Assembly: GCA_964487045.1 (NCBI GenBank)
Contig: CAZAOT010000001.1
Location: 215,863-279,862, forward strand
Source of the DNA: an uncultured Candidatus Saccharibacteria bacterium
GTDB lineage: Bacteria > Patescibacteriota > UBA1384 > DTJR01
Reading direction: 5' to 3'
Length of the DNA stretch: 64,000 bases
Both the position numbers and the translations under genes were made by a program. Below, one piece after another: positions 10,729 through 20,319 of the stretch. Below the pieces are notes generated by a model, which made no database searches, was not told the origin of the DNA, and worked only from the letters and a program-made list of their open reading frames with translations. The first letter of the stretch is position 1. The number at the start of each line of letters is the position of its first letter.

Positions 10729-11377
10729 TTTTTCTGGAGCTCGAATAATTACAAGCGAGGTAGAAGATGGCTCGATGGATAAGGAGAACATCTCGCAAAA
10801 TTTACCTAAATTTATTGAAAAATATTACCTAGGGGATGTCGCCTACTGCGAGCAGGTCCATGGTATGCAGATCGAAATAATTTCGAAAAGTGGATTTTAT
10901 AAATCAGCTGACGGCCTGGTGACGGGGGAGCGGATGGGGCTAATTATCAAATCAGCCGACTGCATTCCCCTGCTCTTTCGCTCCAAGGAGGGGATACTCG
11001 GCGCGGTTCATGTTGGCCGCCGCTCGCTTCTTGGCGGAATCATCACTAAATCGTTAAAAGAAGTTTTTGAAAAATTATCACTCTCCCCTACTAATATAAA
11101 TTTTTTCCTGGCGCCGCACATTCGAACTAACAATTATGAAGTCGGCGAAGACCTAATCCAGGAGATTTCAGCATGTGGCTACTCCCCTTTTATCAAAGAA
11201 AGTCACTTTGATCTAACCGGAGCGCTTATAAATGATCTTGTGAAAATCGGGGTAAAGGAGGAGAATATAGTGGATAGCGGGATCGACACATTCTCTGACA
11301 AGAGGTTTTTTAGTTATCGTCGAGGCGACAAAAATAAATTATTTGCAAGCGTAATTTCATGGCCAAAAGACAAGTAG
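10718..11377 (+). CDS. pgeF: YfiH/PgeF family (polyphenol oxidase-like) protein
   Basis: EQVHG, ADGLVT, SADCIP, GAVHVG, FFSYRR; GTG start after AAAGGAG. Confidence 0.85.
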   Translation: MEFNFSGARIITSEVEDGSMDKENISQNLPKFIEKYYLGDVAYCEQVHGMQIEIISKSGFYKSADGLVTGERMGLIIKSADCIPLLFRSKEGILGAVHVGRRSLLGGIITKSLKEVFEKLSLSPTNINFFLAPHIRTNNYEVGEDLIQEISACGYSPFIKESHFDLTGALINDLVKIGVKEENIVDSGIDTFSDKRFFSYRRGDKNKLFASVISWPKDK

Positions 11378-12405
11378 CGCAGATCTATAAAATATTGCTC
11401 CTGATTGTTTCAGTGATTTTTATATATGTGATTTTTAGGCAGCTTGGAGACCTGACCAGAGCTGTTGAGACCCTGTCCAAGGGTTCATGGTATTTTATCC
11501 TGCCGGTTCTCGGTATTCAGGTGCTGGCGATAGTCAATAAAGGCGCTCTTTATCAAACGCTCTATGATTATTTCAAGGTGAAAGACACGCTTTGGCGACA
11601 TATCAAGATGCAGCTCGCGGCAAACTTTTTGAATCTCGCTGCGCCCTCGGGTGGATTATCCGGAATGGCCGTTTATGTCGCTCAGGCCAAATCACATGGA
11701 GTCTCCAAGAGTCGCTCGACGTTTATAAATTTCTTTGCCTACTTCTTATACTATGCGGTCTTTACTATTATTCTTCTCTTCGGATTGTTTTATCTAATGC
11801 TCAATCATCAACTCTATCAGTACCAGATCGTAACCGCCTCAATCCTGTTTGGCATGATTATTTTAATTTTAATCGCAGTAATTGCAGTTATCGAAGAGGC
11901 AGCCAGACTCAACAAGCTGTTTTCGCTGGTAGCGAGAATGATTAATTTTATTAGCCGATTTTTCAAGAAGAAAAAGTTAGTCGAAGATCAAGACATTTCT
12001 GCGCTTTCAAAAGAAATTCATAGTTGTTTGAGATATGTCCAAGTCAAATGGAAGGCCTTGTGGCTACCAATTTTTCATGTTCTTTTGGCTGAAGCAATTG
12101 ATATTATGACGTTGTATTATTTGTTTTTGGCCTTCAAATATCCGATTTATCCTGGAATTTTAATAACCGCATACGCTATCTGTGTTTTATTTACCCTAGT
12201 ATCAATCACTCCTGGAGGGATCGGGGTAGTTGAAGCAGCGATGCTGTTCGTATTGTCAAACCTTGGAGTACCGGTAGAATTAGCGGCGGTTGCAGTTTTG
12301 GGGTTTAGAATTATTGGTTACTGGATTCCTTTCGGCTTAGGGTTCTTATCATTTAGGTCGCTTCATAGCGAGAAATTGGAAAAAATCGAGAATGGTACTG
12401 CTTGA
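11359..12405 (+). CDS. Lysylphosphatidylglycerol synthase TM-domain / flippase-like membrane protein
   Basis: Multi-TM; NLAAPSGG and ITPGGIGVVEAAM...LGFRII motifs. Confidence 0.85.
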   Translation: MAKRQVAQIYKILLLIVSVIFIYVIFRQLGDLTRAVETLSKGSWYFILPVLGIQVLAIVNKGALYQTLYDYFKVKDTLWRHIKMQLAANFLNLAAPSGGLSGMAVYVAQAKSHGVSKSRSTFINFFAYFLYYAVFTIILLFGLFYLMLNHQLYQYQIVTASILFGMIILILIAVIAVIEEAARLNKLFSLVARMINFISRFFKKKKLVEDQDISALSKEIHSCLRYVQVKWKALWLPIFHVLLAEAIDIMTLYYLFLAFKYPIYPGILITAYAICVLFTLVSITPGGIGVVEAAMLFVLSNLGVPVELAAVAVLGFRIIGYWIPFGLGFLSFRSLHSEKLEKIENGTA

Positions 12406-13084
12406 TCAATTAGGCCCGAATATCGATCATATTCCGACGCCTAAAAAGAAAAAACAAAATTATATTTGGGCTTTATTTAAAGATATTGTTCTAGTAACTT
12501 TTTTTTCATTTTGTGTTTTCATATTCATCAATTTCCCGGCAATTACATTGATTGGTACTTACAAATTGACTCCACATCGACTCGCTTATGATTTTCCAGC
12601 CCAGGCTGAGACTCAGAGTCCGACTGCTATTGAGTCAAAAACTCCGGAGGCGCCAAAGATTGAACAATATCCTGATAATATGATTTTTATTCCTAAGATC
12701 GGGGTGAAAGCTCCCATCGACTGGGACGTCACAAGTGATAATGTGATGGACGAGCTCGAAAAGAATGTCGTTCATCTCAAGGATACTGATAAGCCGGGTG
12801 GGCCTGGCAATATCTTTGTGACTGGTCACAGCTCAAACTACTGGTGGAAATCAGGAGAGTATAATACGGTCTTCGCTCTAGTTCCTCAGCTTGTCGAGGG
12901 AGATGAAATCATCATCACCTACAAAGGAGAATTTCATTATTATAAGGTCACTGACAAGCAGGAAATGCGAAAAGACGAAGTTTCAAATCATCTCGAATCG
13001 GGTCGGCCAAGACTCACGCTTATGACCTGCGTACCAGTTGGAACGAATTTGAGAAGGATGTTGGTGTTTGCTTCACCCCGTTAG
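12392..13084 (+). CDS. Sortase
   Basis: N-terminal TM; IPKIGVKAPI, NIFVTGHS (His), LTLMTC (Cys), downstream Arg. Confidence 0.92.
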   Translation: MVLLDQLGPNIDHIPTPKKKKQNYIWALFKDIVLVTFFSFCVFIFINFPAITLIGTYKLTPHRLAYDFPAQAETQSPTAIESKTPEAPKIEQYPDNMIFIPKIGVKAPIDWDVTSDNVMDELEKNVVHLKDTDKPGGPGNIFVTGHSSNYWWKSGEYNTVFALVPQLVEGDEIIITYKGEFHYYKVTDKQEMRKDEVSNHLESGRPRLTLMTCVPVGTNLRRMLVFASPR

Positions 13085-13176
13085 AGATTAGCGCAAGCCT
13101 TATTATGTTTAATTAGATTAGAAGATAAGAATCGATATTCAAAAATAAACTAAAGGAAGTTTTATCTCTAACGGGG
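13076..13176. mobile_element. TIR element copy A (empty, 101 bp)
   Basis: CCCCGTTAGAGAT (13076-13088) / ATCTCTAACGGGG (13164-13176), perfect 13-bp inverted repeat; left arm contains the sortase stop codon. Confidence 0.7.
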
Positions 13177-13232
13177 CAAGCCAGTTAAGAAGTAATTTAT
13201 TGAAAATGCACAAGTTTGGTATAATCAATTTG

Positions 13233-13577
13233 ATGAAAAAATCCTATTTATTCCTAGCACTCTTAGGCTTAATTTTTCTGTTTGCAGTAAAAGTCCAAGC
13301 TCAGGGAACCGAGCCTGGCTTGGGTTTGCCGCTTCTAGATGATGTTACCTCGACAGCAACGACAACATCTGGTACTTATACTACTACCCCAATCACAACT
13401 TACTCGACAATTACGCCAACCACCTATACAACTACGACGAGTTCTCTCAGCCAGCAGGCAGTTGATGATGCTGATACAGGGAGTGAAGTGGTTGTGTTAG
13501 TTATTCTCTCAATCACTGGCGGAGTGGGAATTTTCTTAATCAAAAAATACTTCGATTTTAAGCGCTATAGTTTGTAG
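13233..13577 (+). CDS. Small Thr-rich surface protein, probable sortase substrate
   Basis: Signal peptide, Thr-rich tract, DADTG + hydrophobic helix + KKYFDFKR tail. Confidence 0.75.
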   Translation: MKKSYLFLALLGLIFLFAVKVQAQGTEPGLGLPLLDDVTSTATTTSGTYTTTPITTYSTITPTTYTTTTSSLSQQAVDDADTGSEVVVLVILSITGGVGIFLIKKYFDFKRYSL

Positions 13578-13646
13578 CTCGATCTATAAATATTCTCTCA
13601 TTTGCGGCTGGTTCATTTTGCTTTTATCTTCTGATAAAATGAGGTT

Positions 13647-15089
13647 GTGATGGAAGATCCCTTTGGTCTTCTTGAGATAAGTAAAAAGTCACCATCTCAA
13701 GAGACCAAGCAAAAAAAAGACAACCGGAAGGTATATTTGACCGTGATGTCAGTCTTGGTAGTTTTTAGTTTACTTGCAGTCAGCTTGGCAATATTCAGCG
13801 ATCGGGGCAAAATTTCAGCCGATTCTCAGAACCCGGCTGCAACTATCAAAATTACTAACCTTCCGTCAGATATCAAAACAGGCCAGACAATCTCATTTAA
13901 TTTAGTTTTTACAAATACTTCTGATAATTTCGATACTTCATACGCTCTCATCCAAGCAAAGGGTCTGAGCTTAAATCAAACGACCGAGCAGGCGAAGAAC
14001 CTACTTGTGACGCAAGATGGTTACTTACGAAAAATGATCGATTCTGAATATACGCGTTTCGATCAGCAGGGTGATTCAGGAATTTATTATAGGACTGGCG
14101 CTCTTAAGAATAACGAGTCAAAAAGCTTAGTAATCAAGGCTGTCGTCAACTCTGGTGCGGAAGGTGATACCGGCGTTGAGGCGAAGATGTTTACGACCAA
14201 ATATAAGGCTGAGAAATGTGGATTTTTGCGTTTATCAACTTGCCAGAGTGAATCGGGAACGAACCAAATCGCTTCAGCCACTTTCCAGCTTGAGCCACTT
14301 GAATCAGGCAAGATCAAGCTTCGCTCCGGCTTTAATTTCGTTTCTCTCCCATATATATTTTCTTCAAACTCATTGCAGGAATTTTTCGCCTCGCTCAAGA
14401 GCAAATGGGCTTATATTTATGCTCCGTCAACAGGGGAATATTTAAATTTGTTAACCGGCACCAATACTGCAAATGTTAAACCAGGGAGTGCTTTCTGGGT
14501 TTATGATGCAAACGGGGGTGAATATGATTTACCAACCACCAAAGTCGAGACAAATATCAACGAAACGTATTCGATTCCCCTCTCAATCGGCTGGAATCAG
14601 GTGGGCAATCCCTATTCAAAACGTATGATTTTATCTAGCAAGAAAATTATAGTAAAAGAGCTTTCTGACTCTGGAAGCGAGCTTGGCACTGGCTATGACC
14701 TTAAAACCGCGATCGCAAATGGCGTTTTGTCTGATCCATATATGATCGTTTATCCAACAGCCAATGATTCTTCGACTAATCTCAAAACAGTCAAGGGATT
14801 TTTGGACAATATGATCGAGCCGTTTTCCGGATTCTTGATTAGCTCAACCAAGAAAGTAAATCTAATAATTCCTGGCAAAGAGGTTATTGCTCCAGGCGAC
14901 GTATTGTCCGGCAAGGAAAGAACCAAGATCGAAAATTGGATTAGTGAAAATGGGTTTAATCAATACGGCGATCCAAACGGGACTGTCTATGCGGGCGGTA
15001 CCCCACTTTACGATGAAAATACCGGTCAAACTCTTGACCGAATGGACTATATTTTAGAGCGTCACCCCGACAGACCGTGGAATAGATAG
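13647..15089 (+). CDS. Hypothetical membrane-anchored extracellular protein (480 aa)
   Basis: N-terminal TM, beta-rich domains, repeated L.xGxNxV motifs (LRSGFNFVSLP / LSIGWNQVGNP). Confidence 0.8.
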   Translation: MMEDPFGLLEISKKSPSQETKQKKDNRKVYLTVMSVLVVFSLLAVSLAIFSDRGKISADSQNPAATIKITNLPSDIKTGQTISFNLVFTNTSDNFDTSYALIQAKGLSLNQTTEQAKNLLVTQDGYLRKMIDSEYTRFDQQGDSGIYYRTGALKNNESKSLVIKAVVNSGAEGDTGVEAKMFTTKYKAEKCGFLRLSTCQSESGTNQIASATFQLEPLESGKIKLRSGFNFVSLPYIFSSNSLQEFFASLKSKWAYIYAPSTGEYLNLLTGTNTANVKPGSAFWVYDANGGEYDLPTTKVETNINETYSIPLSIGWNQVGNPYSKRMILSSKKIIVKELSDSGSELGTGYDLKTAIANGVLSDPYMIVYPTANDSSTNLKTVKGFLDNMIEPFSGFLISSTKKVNLIIPGKEVIAPGDVLSGKERTKIENWISENGFNQYGDPNGTVYAGGTPLYDENTGQTLDRMDYILERHPDRPWNR

Positions 15090-15125
15090 CGTAGCTAAAT
15101 ATTAAGTACTAAGTTCTAAATTAGA

Positions 15126-15497
15126 ATGTCAAACAAAGATCAAAACTCAAAATCCAAGAAATACGGATTAGGCGAAAGGTGTTCAAAATTTGGGGAAGAA
15201 ATTATTTTATTTTGTAAGACAATTAAAGAATCTAACATCAATAAAAGCATTATTAATCAATTAATAAGATCCGGAACCTCAATTGGTGCAAATTATATGG
15301 AAGCTGATTGTGCCGAAAGTAAGAAGGACTTTTATCACAAGATAGGTATTTGTAAAAAAGAGTCAAAAGAATCTACGCATTGGCTCAGGATGCTAGCAAC
15401 TTCGGAACAGCATTTAAAAGCTAATTGCAGGAGACTATGGCAAGAAGCTCATGAATTAACATTAATCTTCTCAACAATTATTAAAAATAGAACTTAG
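15126..15497 (+). CDS. Four-helix-bundle protein (23S rRNA IVP / Avd-like family)
   Basis: QLIRSGTSIGANYMEA...SKKDFYHKIGICKKESKESTHWL signature. Confidence 0.9.
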   Translation: MSNKDQNSKSKKYGLGERCSKFGEEIILFCKTIKESNINKSIINQLIRSGTSIGANYMEADCAESKKDFYHKIGICKKESKESTHWLRMLATSEQHLKANCRRLWQEAHELTLIFSTIIKNRT

Positions 15498-15595
15498 ACC
15501 TTATTATTTTGTTAGAACTTGGAACTTTTAATTTAGAATCTTTTAAGTCCATGCTTGAGATTTGATTGGATGTTGGTTTTTGGTAATTGATATTT

Positions 15596-15919
15596 CTAAA
15601 TCGACAGATTTAGTCTATCCACCATCCACACTCCAGCTTTGAGGATGATGTCTGATTTGGTGTTAATTAGATACACAGCAACAACGGCTAAAATTAGAAT
15701 TGAATATGTTATTAGAATTTTTCTAATTTCTTTCTTAACCTCATGGGTTTCGGCAGCATCAGAGTCATTTCTCATCTGTGTTTGAGGTTTGATTTCAGCT
15801 TTCGCATCCGAAGCAATTACTTCCTCTTGCCCTTCAGGCATAGATGTTGAAGTGCTTACTTGATGCTCCGCTTGCGCGTGCATTATTTTTCTCAATTTTT
15901 TCTTATTTCTTTTTCCCAT
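15596..15919 (-). CDS. Hypothetical single-pass membrane protein
   Basis: Basic N-terminus, charged linker, C-terminal TM. Confidence 0.7.
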   Translation of the reverse strand: MGKRNKKKLRKIMHAQAEHQVSTSTSMPEGQEEVIASDAKAEIKPQTQMRNDSDAAETHEVKKEIRKILITYSILILAVVAVYLINTKSDIILKAGVWMVDRLNLSI

Positions 15920-15998
15920 AAATGCCTTTTTTTAATAATTGTCCAACTTCGCCAAGGCTTCGCTGGACATCCCGCATAGCCCTTTGGGCGACGTGGGA

Positions 15999-16072
15999 TG
16001 GAGGTCTGGCCGGGATTTGCACCCGGGTATGCGGTTTTGCAGACCGCTGCCTAACTACTCGGCCACCAGACC
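15999..16072 (-). tRNA. tRNA-Cys(GCA)
   Basis: Reverse complement GGTCTGG...GCGGT-CT-GCA-AA-ACCGC...CCAGACC-T-CCA cloverleaf; T-loop TGCAAAT. Confidence 0.93.
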
Positions 16073-16306
16073 ATGTCAAACTTCAAGCCTACTTAGTCAC
16101 CCTTGTCCTTCCGTAGGTCGCACTGCTCATAGAGGATATAATCCCTTGATCAGTAAGACCGAAGGAGGAAGACCTAATTTACAGGGTTAATATTATCAGC
16201 TTTTTATTAAATATAAAGAGTTTACGAAAGAAAACAGCCCCGGACGCGTCATCCTGGTAGAACCAGTCTGACGGCCGGGGCCGTTGGTGGCTAGTTGCCT
16301 AGCCAA

Positions 16307-16684
16307 CTACTCCCAGGAGAGCCAGGGGGCGGCAGAGGTGTCGGCAACCTTCATCAGGATTGCCAACGCGGTAGATGCGACGGGCCCCGGGAAGGCAACC
16401 GTTCCGCCTTCCTTGCGAATACCGACCTTGAGGCCAACAGCCTCAGCGGCGGCGCAGATGAAGCCGTGGCCGCGCGAGAAGATGTTGGCGGCGCCATCGA
16501 GCGCCAGTTCATGGCCATGGATGAGCACGTTGTCGCCATCCTGAAACATGTACACGAAGGTCGCGTTGGACTTGTCCTTGGCGACCTCCATCACGAACAT
16601 CTCGGCCTCGATCTCTCGGCTCTCCTCGTCAACTTCGCCTTGCTCATTCAGCGATACGACAGTCAGAGGCAGTGACCTTCTCAT
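16307..16684 (-). CDS. Hypothetical protein (GC-rich orphan cassette)
   Basis: GGAG SD before ATG 16684; own promoter at 16779-16807; downstream hairpin 16236-16281. Confidence 0.7.
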   Translation of the reverse strand: MRRSLPLTVVSLNEQGEVDEESREIEAEMFVMEVAKDKSNATFVYMFQDGDNVLIHGHELALDGAANIFSRGHGFICAAAEAVGLKVGIRKEGGTVAFPGPVASTALAILMKVADTSAAPWLSWE

Positions 16685-16778
16685 CTGAAACTCCAACCGC
16701 TTTAGGGGCGCGGCAACCCCATGGCTTGTCAAACTTCATGCAAGGGAGTACTAAGCTTCCTCCTCAAGCAAACATAAG

Positions 16779-16807
16779 ACTATACCACAAAACAGCCTAA
16801 AAGTCAA
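16779..16807 (-). promoter_or_regulatory. Sigma70-type promoter
   Basis: TTGACT-17-TATAGT with extended TG. Confidence 0.7.
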
Positions 16808-16931
16808 GCCAAGTGAGTATTCTCACCTGGGTAACCCCTCACTCTAGACACGAAGTGAACGTGAACGAATTGTTCGAGTGAACTTTCGAGTTAGAGGGAG
16901 TGGTCAAGATTAGGGCTGTTTATAAAGAGGA

Positions 16932-16959
16932 AGGCCCCCTGTCGAATGACGGGGGGCCT
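16932..16959 (-). terminator. Intrinsic terminator hairpin of ORF 16986-17777
   Basis: AGGCCCCCTGTC-gaat-GACGGGGGGCCT followed by a T-rich tract on the minus strand. Confidence 0.7.
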
Positions 16960-16985
16960 GGTGGTTGCGAACAGAATCAGCGGGG

Positions 16986-17777
16986 CTATACCTTGGGAAA
17001 GATGGAGGCGCAGTCGCGCCCGGTGAACATGTTTTCGGGCGTGATCTGGACAGAGCGCCCGATGGCGTCGAGGTTGGGAGAGCATGCCAGAAGAACTTCG
17101 CGTAGATTCCACATGTTCATCCAGATATCCTTGAGCGCCTCAATGGCGCCGTCGGTTCCCTTCAGGAATAGTCCGTTCGGTGGGCCCTTGATGGGCCATT
17201 CCTTCAAGTGCTCCGATCCGGTCAGCCAACGCTCAAGCGCCAGAACCTCCTGAGGGAAGACGACTTTTTGCCCGGTGTTGTTCTGGCACTGGAGCCTGAC
17301 CTCATCAATGATGCTAGGGTCACTGGCCGAGGCCCGACCCTTGAAAGTAACGCGCACATTCTTGGCGGTGGTGTCGCGGACTCGTTGCCACTCGCAGTAC
17401 CAGTCGGCGAAGTCTTCCTTGATTGAGAGCTTGCAGACATAGGCTGATTGGAGCGTACTCCTTCGATCTCGGGAGTGATTGGACATGATCGGGTCGGGTG
17501 TGTGCTCGATGGACAAGCGTGGACCGAAGAGATGGCATCTCGTCAGGCCTCTGGCGAGGTTGACACAACGAGTGTTGCCAATGTAGTGAAGGAACCTAGT
17601 TCCTTGAGCTTCCGGACTCTGTAGTCGGATATCCATCTCGTCGCCGGAGGCGTTGGCCTGAATGTAGGCTGCGGCGCCTCCCTTGAAGCCTGGCACGATC
17701 TCGATGTCTCCTTGTAACGGTTTGAGCGCTTCGATGTCCGGAAGGCTGAACAGCTCGGGGGTCGGCGGCTGCACCAT
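16986..17777 (-). CDS. Hypothetical protein (GC-rich orphan cassette)
   Basis: 263-aa ORF, AAGGAG SD, own terminator. Confidence 0.72.
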   Translation of the reverse strand: MVQPPTPELFSLPDIEALKPLQGDIEIVPGFKGGAAAYIQANASGDEMDIRLQSPEAQGTRFLHYIGNTRCVNLARGLTRCHLFGPRLSIEHTPDPIMSNHSRDRRSTLQSAYVCKLSIKEDFADWYCEWQRVRDTTAKNVRVTFKGRASASDPSIIDEVRLQCQNNTGQKVVFPQEVLALERWLTGSEHLKEWPIKGPPNGLFLKGTDGAIEALKDIWMNMWNLREVLLACSPNLDAIGRSVQITPENMFTGRDCASIFPKV

Positions 17778-18034
17778 CTTGACTCCTTCTTGGCGGCTTA
17801 CCAGTAGGCCATGCCCGAACGGGTTGGGGAAGCGTCAACTATTGGTCCTGAGAAAACGGACATATGTTTATTCGCTGATCCTATCCGCCAAAGATCAAGT
17901 ATTCTCCTGATCACTGGCGGATAAGTATGTCAAAGAACATTCAAAAGCACTCCTTGTAAAATCTTCACCAATACAATAACCTTATTTGTTAATATTTACA
18001 AAATTTCTCTCTTGATATATAATTGCTCCAGTTA

Positions 18035-18109
18035 GCGGGTGTAGTTCAGCGGTAGAACGCTTCCTTGCCAAGGAAGAGGCCGTGGGTTCAAGTCCCATCA
18101 CCCGCTCCA
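18035..18109 (+). tRNA. tRNA-Gly(GCC)
   Basis: GCGGGTG...CTTCC-TT-GCC-AA-GGAAG...GTTCAAGTCCCATCACCCGCTCCA. Confidence 0.96.
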
Positions 18110-18318
18110 AACAAAATAACCGCCACCAGGCGGTAATTTTGTTTGAAAAATGGCTGTGGGACTTGAAGGCCGGAGGTGCGACGGCACCGAGGCCCGCCCT
18201 GAAGAAATTTCAGCAGAAATTTACTGAAGGGAAGTCCCATCACCCGCTCCAATTGAAACAGATGGCCCAGTAGGGCCATATTTTGGTGGAGTAAAAATTG
18301 GGACTTGAAGGCCGGAGG
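18090..18318 (+). repeat. 142-bp-period duplication anchored on the tRNA-Gly 3' end
   Basis: AAGTCCCATCACCCGCTCCAA at 18090 and 18232; TGGGACTTGAAGGCCGGAGG at 18157 and 18299. Confidence 0.85.
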
Positions 18319-18435
18319 GCAACTGGTGCTTGATTTTGTAATTTCTCGATGTTCTCCGTTTGTTCGGGGTTGATTTTTACTCCTAACAGGTGTAGACCCT
18401 TGACAAGCTTGCTCAGTAGTGTACACTATTTCCCG

Positions 18436-18669
18436 ATGTTAAAAATCCTTGTTTGGATAGAATATATTGTTTCTGTCTTGATCATTGCTTCGGTGCTACT
18501 TCAGCACCGCGGTACTGGTTTGGGCGGAGCATTTGCAAGTTCTGCAAACGCTTATCGCTCCAAGAGGGGCATAGAGAAGTTTTTGTTTAACGCTACCATC
18601 GCTTCTGCGGTCGTACTGGTAGCAGTAACCCTAACTCATTTGTATCTTCGCCTAAAAGGCATAAGTTAA
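18436..18669 (+). CDS. secG: Preprotein translocase subunit SecG
   Basis: Two TMs flanking VLLQHRGTGLGGAF...RSKRGIEKFL. Confidence 0.9.
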   Translation: MLKILVWIEYIVSVLIIASVLLQHRGTGLGGAFASSANAYRSKRGIEKFLFNATIASAVVLVAVTLTHLYLRLKGIS

Positions 18670-18674
18670 GAACT

Positions 18675-20018
18675 ATGGAAATTCCCTTACGCGGCTCAAG
18701 CCGTGTCAAAATAAATACATTTAGATTTATCACAAAACACTGGAAAACTATTTTCCCAACTTGGGAAAAGATTTCCCTGCTACTTATTGCCCTTCTAGTT
18801 GCTTTAACTAGTGTGTCATGGGTATGGGCCGCCTCCGCGAGTAAAGGCACTAGTCCTAAAGAAGGCGGTACTTTTATAGAAGGAATAGTTTGTGGCAATA
18901 TCGAATCAGTTGACCTGGGTCGTTTAACCAAGTCAGGACTCACAAAAATCAACGAAAAAGGTGAAGTTTCTCCTGATATAGCCCAAAATTGGGTGATATC
19001 AAATGATAAATTAACCTATACTTTTAACCTGTCGGATAAGGTTACAGCTTATGAGATTGCCGATAATGTCAAAAATGCGCCTACTTATCTGCCGAAAGCT
19101 ACATTATCGCCGGTTGACCCTAAAACCCTCTCTATCGCCTTGCAAGAGCCTGATTCGAACCTTTTGACCGAAGTCTCGCAGCCTATATTCCCACACGGAC
19201 CTTATACGGTTGATAAAAAGACCCAAACAGAAATTCGTCTTAAGAGAAACAACGGCTATCATTTAGATAGACCATTTTTCGATAAATTTATAATTCGCAC
19301 CTATCCTGATGCTTCAGCTCTCCAGAAGGCAGCTGATCGAGGTAAGGTTAATGGTGCTTTAAATCTCGTCAAAACCCCAGGAAACTGGCAGGAAAAAGAG
19401 ATCTCACTTGGTAAAAAGCACTATTTATTTATCAATTCTTCTAAAACTTATCTGAAGAAAACCAAGACCAGAGAAGCACTTCTAAATGCCGTCAAACCTG
19501 ATGGTGTAACTACTCTCGACGTTCTCGAGGTCAATGGCCAGCAAGAAGATGCTGATTTTGAGGCCTGGAAAGAAAAATTAAAGGCTGCTGGTGTAGAGGT
19601 CAAGAGTAGAAAAGTTGCCCTAAAAGATGCTCTAAAGGAAGATTTACCCAAGAGAAATTATGATGTTTTGTATATCTTGATCGCTGAGGGACAGGCTCAG
19701 GATCCATATCTTTTGTGGAATTCCACCCAGCGTTCATCCGTTGGCCAGAACTTTGCTGAGCTTGCTAATGCTGATATTGATGAATTGACCGAGAACTATC
19801 ATGCAGAAACTGATCTAACTAAGAAAGCGGAAATTGCTGCTAATATCAAAAAAGCGGTTGAAGCAGAAAAGGTTTCTGTCGAGTATCGCAATTTAACTGC
19901 TAAGTATGTTGTCTCTCCAAAGGTCAAGGGATTTGTCGTCTCACCTACTATCTCAAGCGAAGTTGATCGCTTCGCCCAGGCGGGTTTGTGGTATATGTAT
20001 GAGAAAAAGATTAGATAA
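18675..20018 (+). CDS. ABC transporter substrate-binding protein (peptide/nickel family 5-like)
   Basis: GGTFIEGI, SGLTKINEKGEVSPDIAQNW.ISNDKLTYTFNL, GPY, DPYLLWNS. Confidence 0.8.
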   Translation: MEIPLRGSSRVKINTFRFITKHWKTIFPTWEKISLLLIALLVALTSVSWVWAASASKGTSPKEGGTFIEGIVCGNIESVDLGRLTKSGLTKINEKGEVSPDIAQNWVISNDKLTYTFNLSDKVTAYEIADNVKNAPTYLPKATLSPVDPKTLSIALQEPDSNLLTEVSQPIFPHGPYTVDKKTQTEIRLKRNNGYHLDRPFFDKFIIRTYPDASALQKAADRGKVNGALNLVKTPGNWQEKEISLGKKHYLFINSSKTYLKKTKTREALLNAVKPDGVTTLDVLEVNGQQEDADFEAWKEKLKAAGVEVKSRKVALKDALKEDLPKRNYDVLYILIAEGQAQDPYLLWNSTQRSSVGQNFAELANADIDELTENYHAETDLTKKAEIAANIKKAVEAEKVSVEYRNLTAKYVVSPKVKGFVVSPTISSEVDRFAQAGLWYMYEKKIR

Positions 20019-20132
20019 TCTTTTTTAAATTTCTAAATTAAAAATTACAAGTTCAAAGTATGGAATCGCCCGAGGGCGATTTCTTGGTAAAAAGAAAGGG
20101 CTCGTAAGAGCCATTATAAGTTGTGTAATATC

Positions 20133-20219
20133 TGGTGCCGAGAACAGGACTTGAACCTGCATGACCTTGCGGTCACAGCGCTCTGAACGCTGCGTGTATA
20201 CCAATTTCACCATCTCGGC
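20133..20219 (-). tRNA. tRNA-Leu(CAG)
   Basis: Reverse complement GCCGAGA...CAGCG-TT-CAG-AG-CGCTG, long variable arm, ...TCTCGGC-A-CCA. Confidence 0.95.
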
Positions 20220-20267
20220 TTATATCAAAAATAAATACTACTCAATTTTATTAAACCTGTAAAGAAA

Positions 20268-20299
20268 AGGGGCCGCGGTCGATGAAAATCGCGGCCCCT
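20268..20299 (-). terminator. Intrinsic terminator of ORF 20320-20610
   Basis: AGGGGCCGCG...CGCGGCCCCT then T tract on the minus strand. Confidence 0.7.
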
Positions 20300-20319
20300 A
20301 GGCACAGGCTGGACTGAGA

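Noticed and set aside
15126-15497. Diversity-generating retroelement suggested by the Avd-like gene
   Set aside because: No RT and no TR/VR pair differing at adenines seen in the window
18090-18252. Prophage or genomic island bounded by attL/attR at tRNA-Gly
   Set aside because: Only 121 bp separate the repeats and there is no integrase; kept only as a mini-element or scar finding
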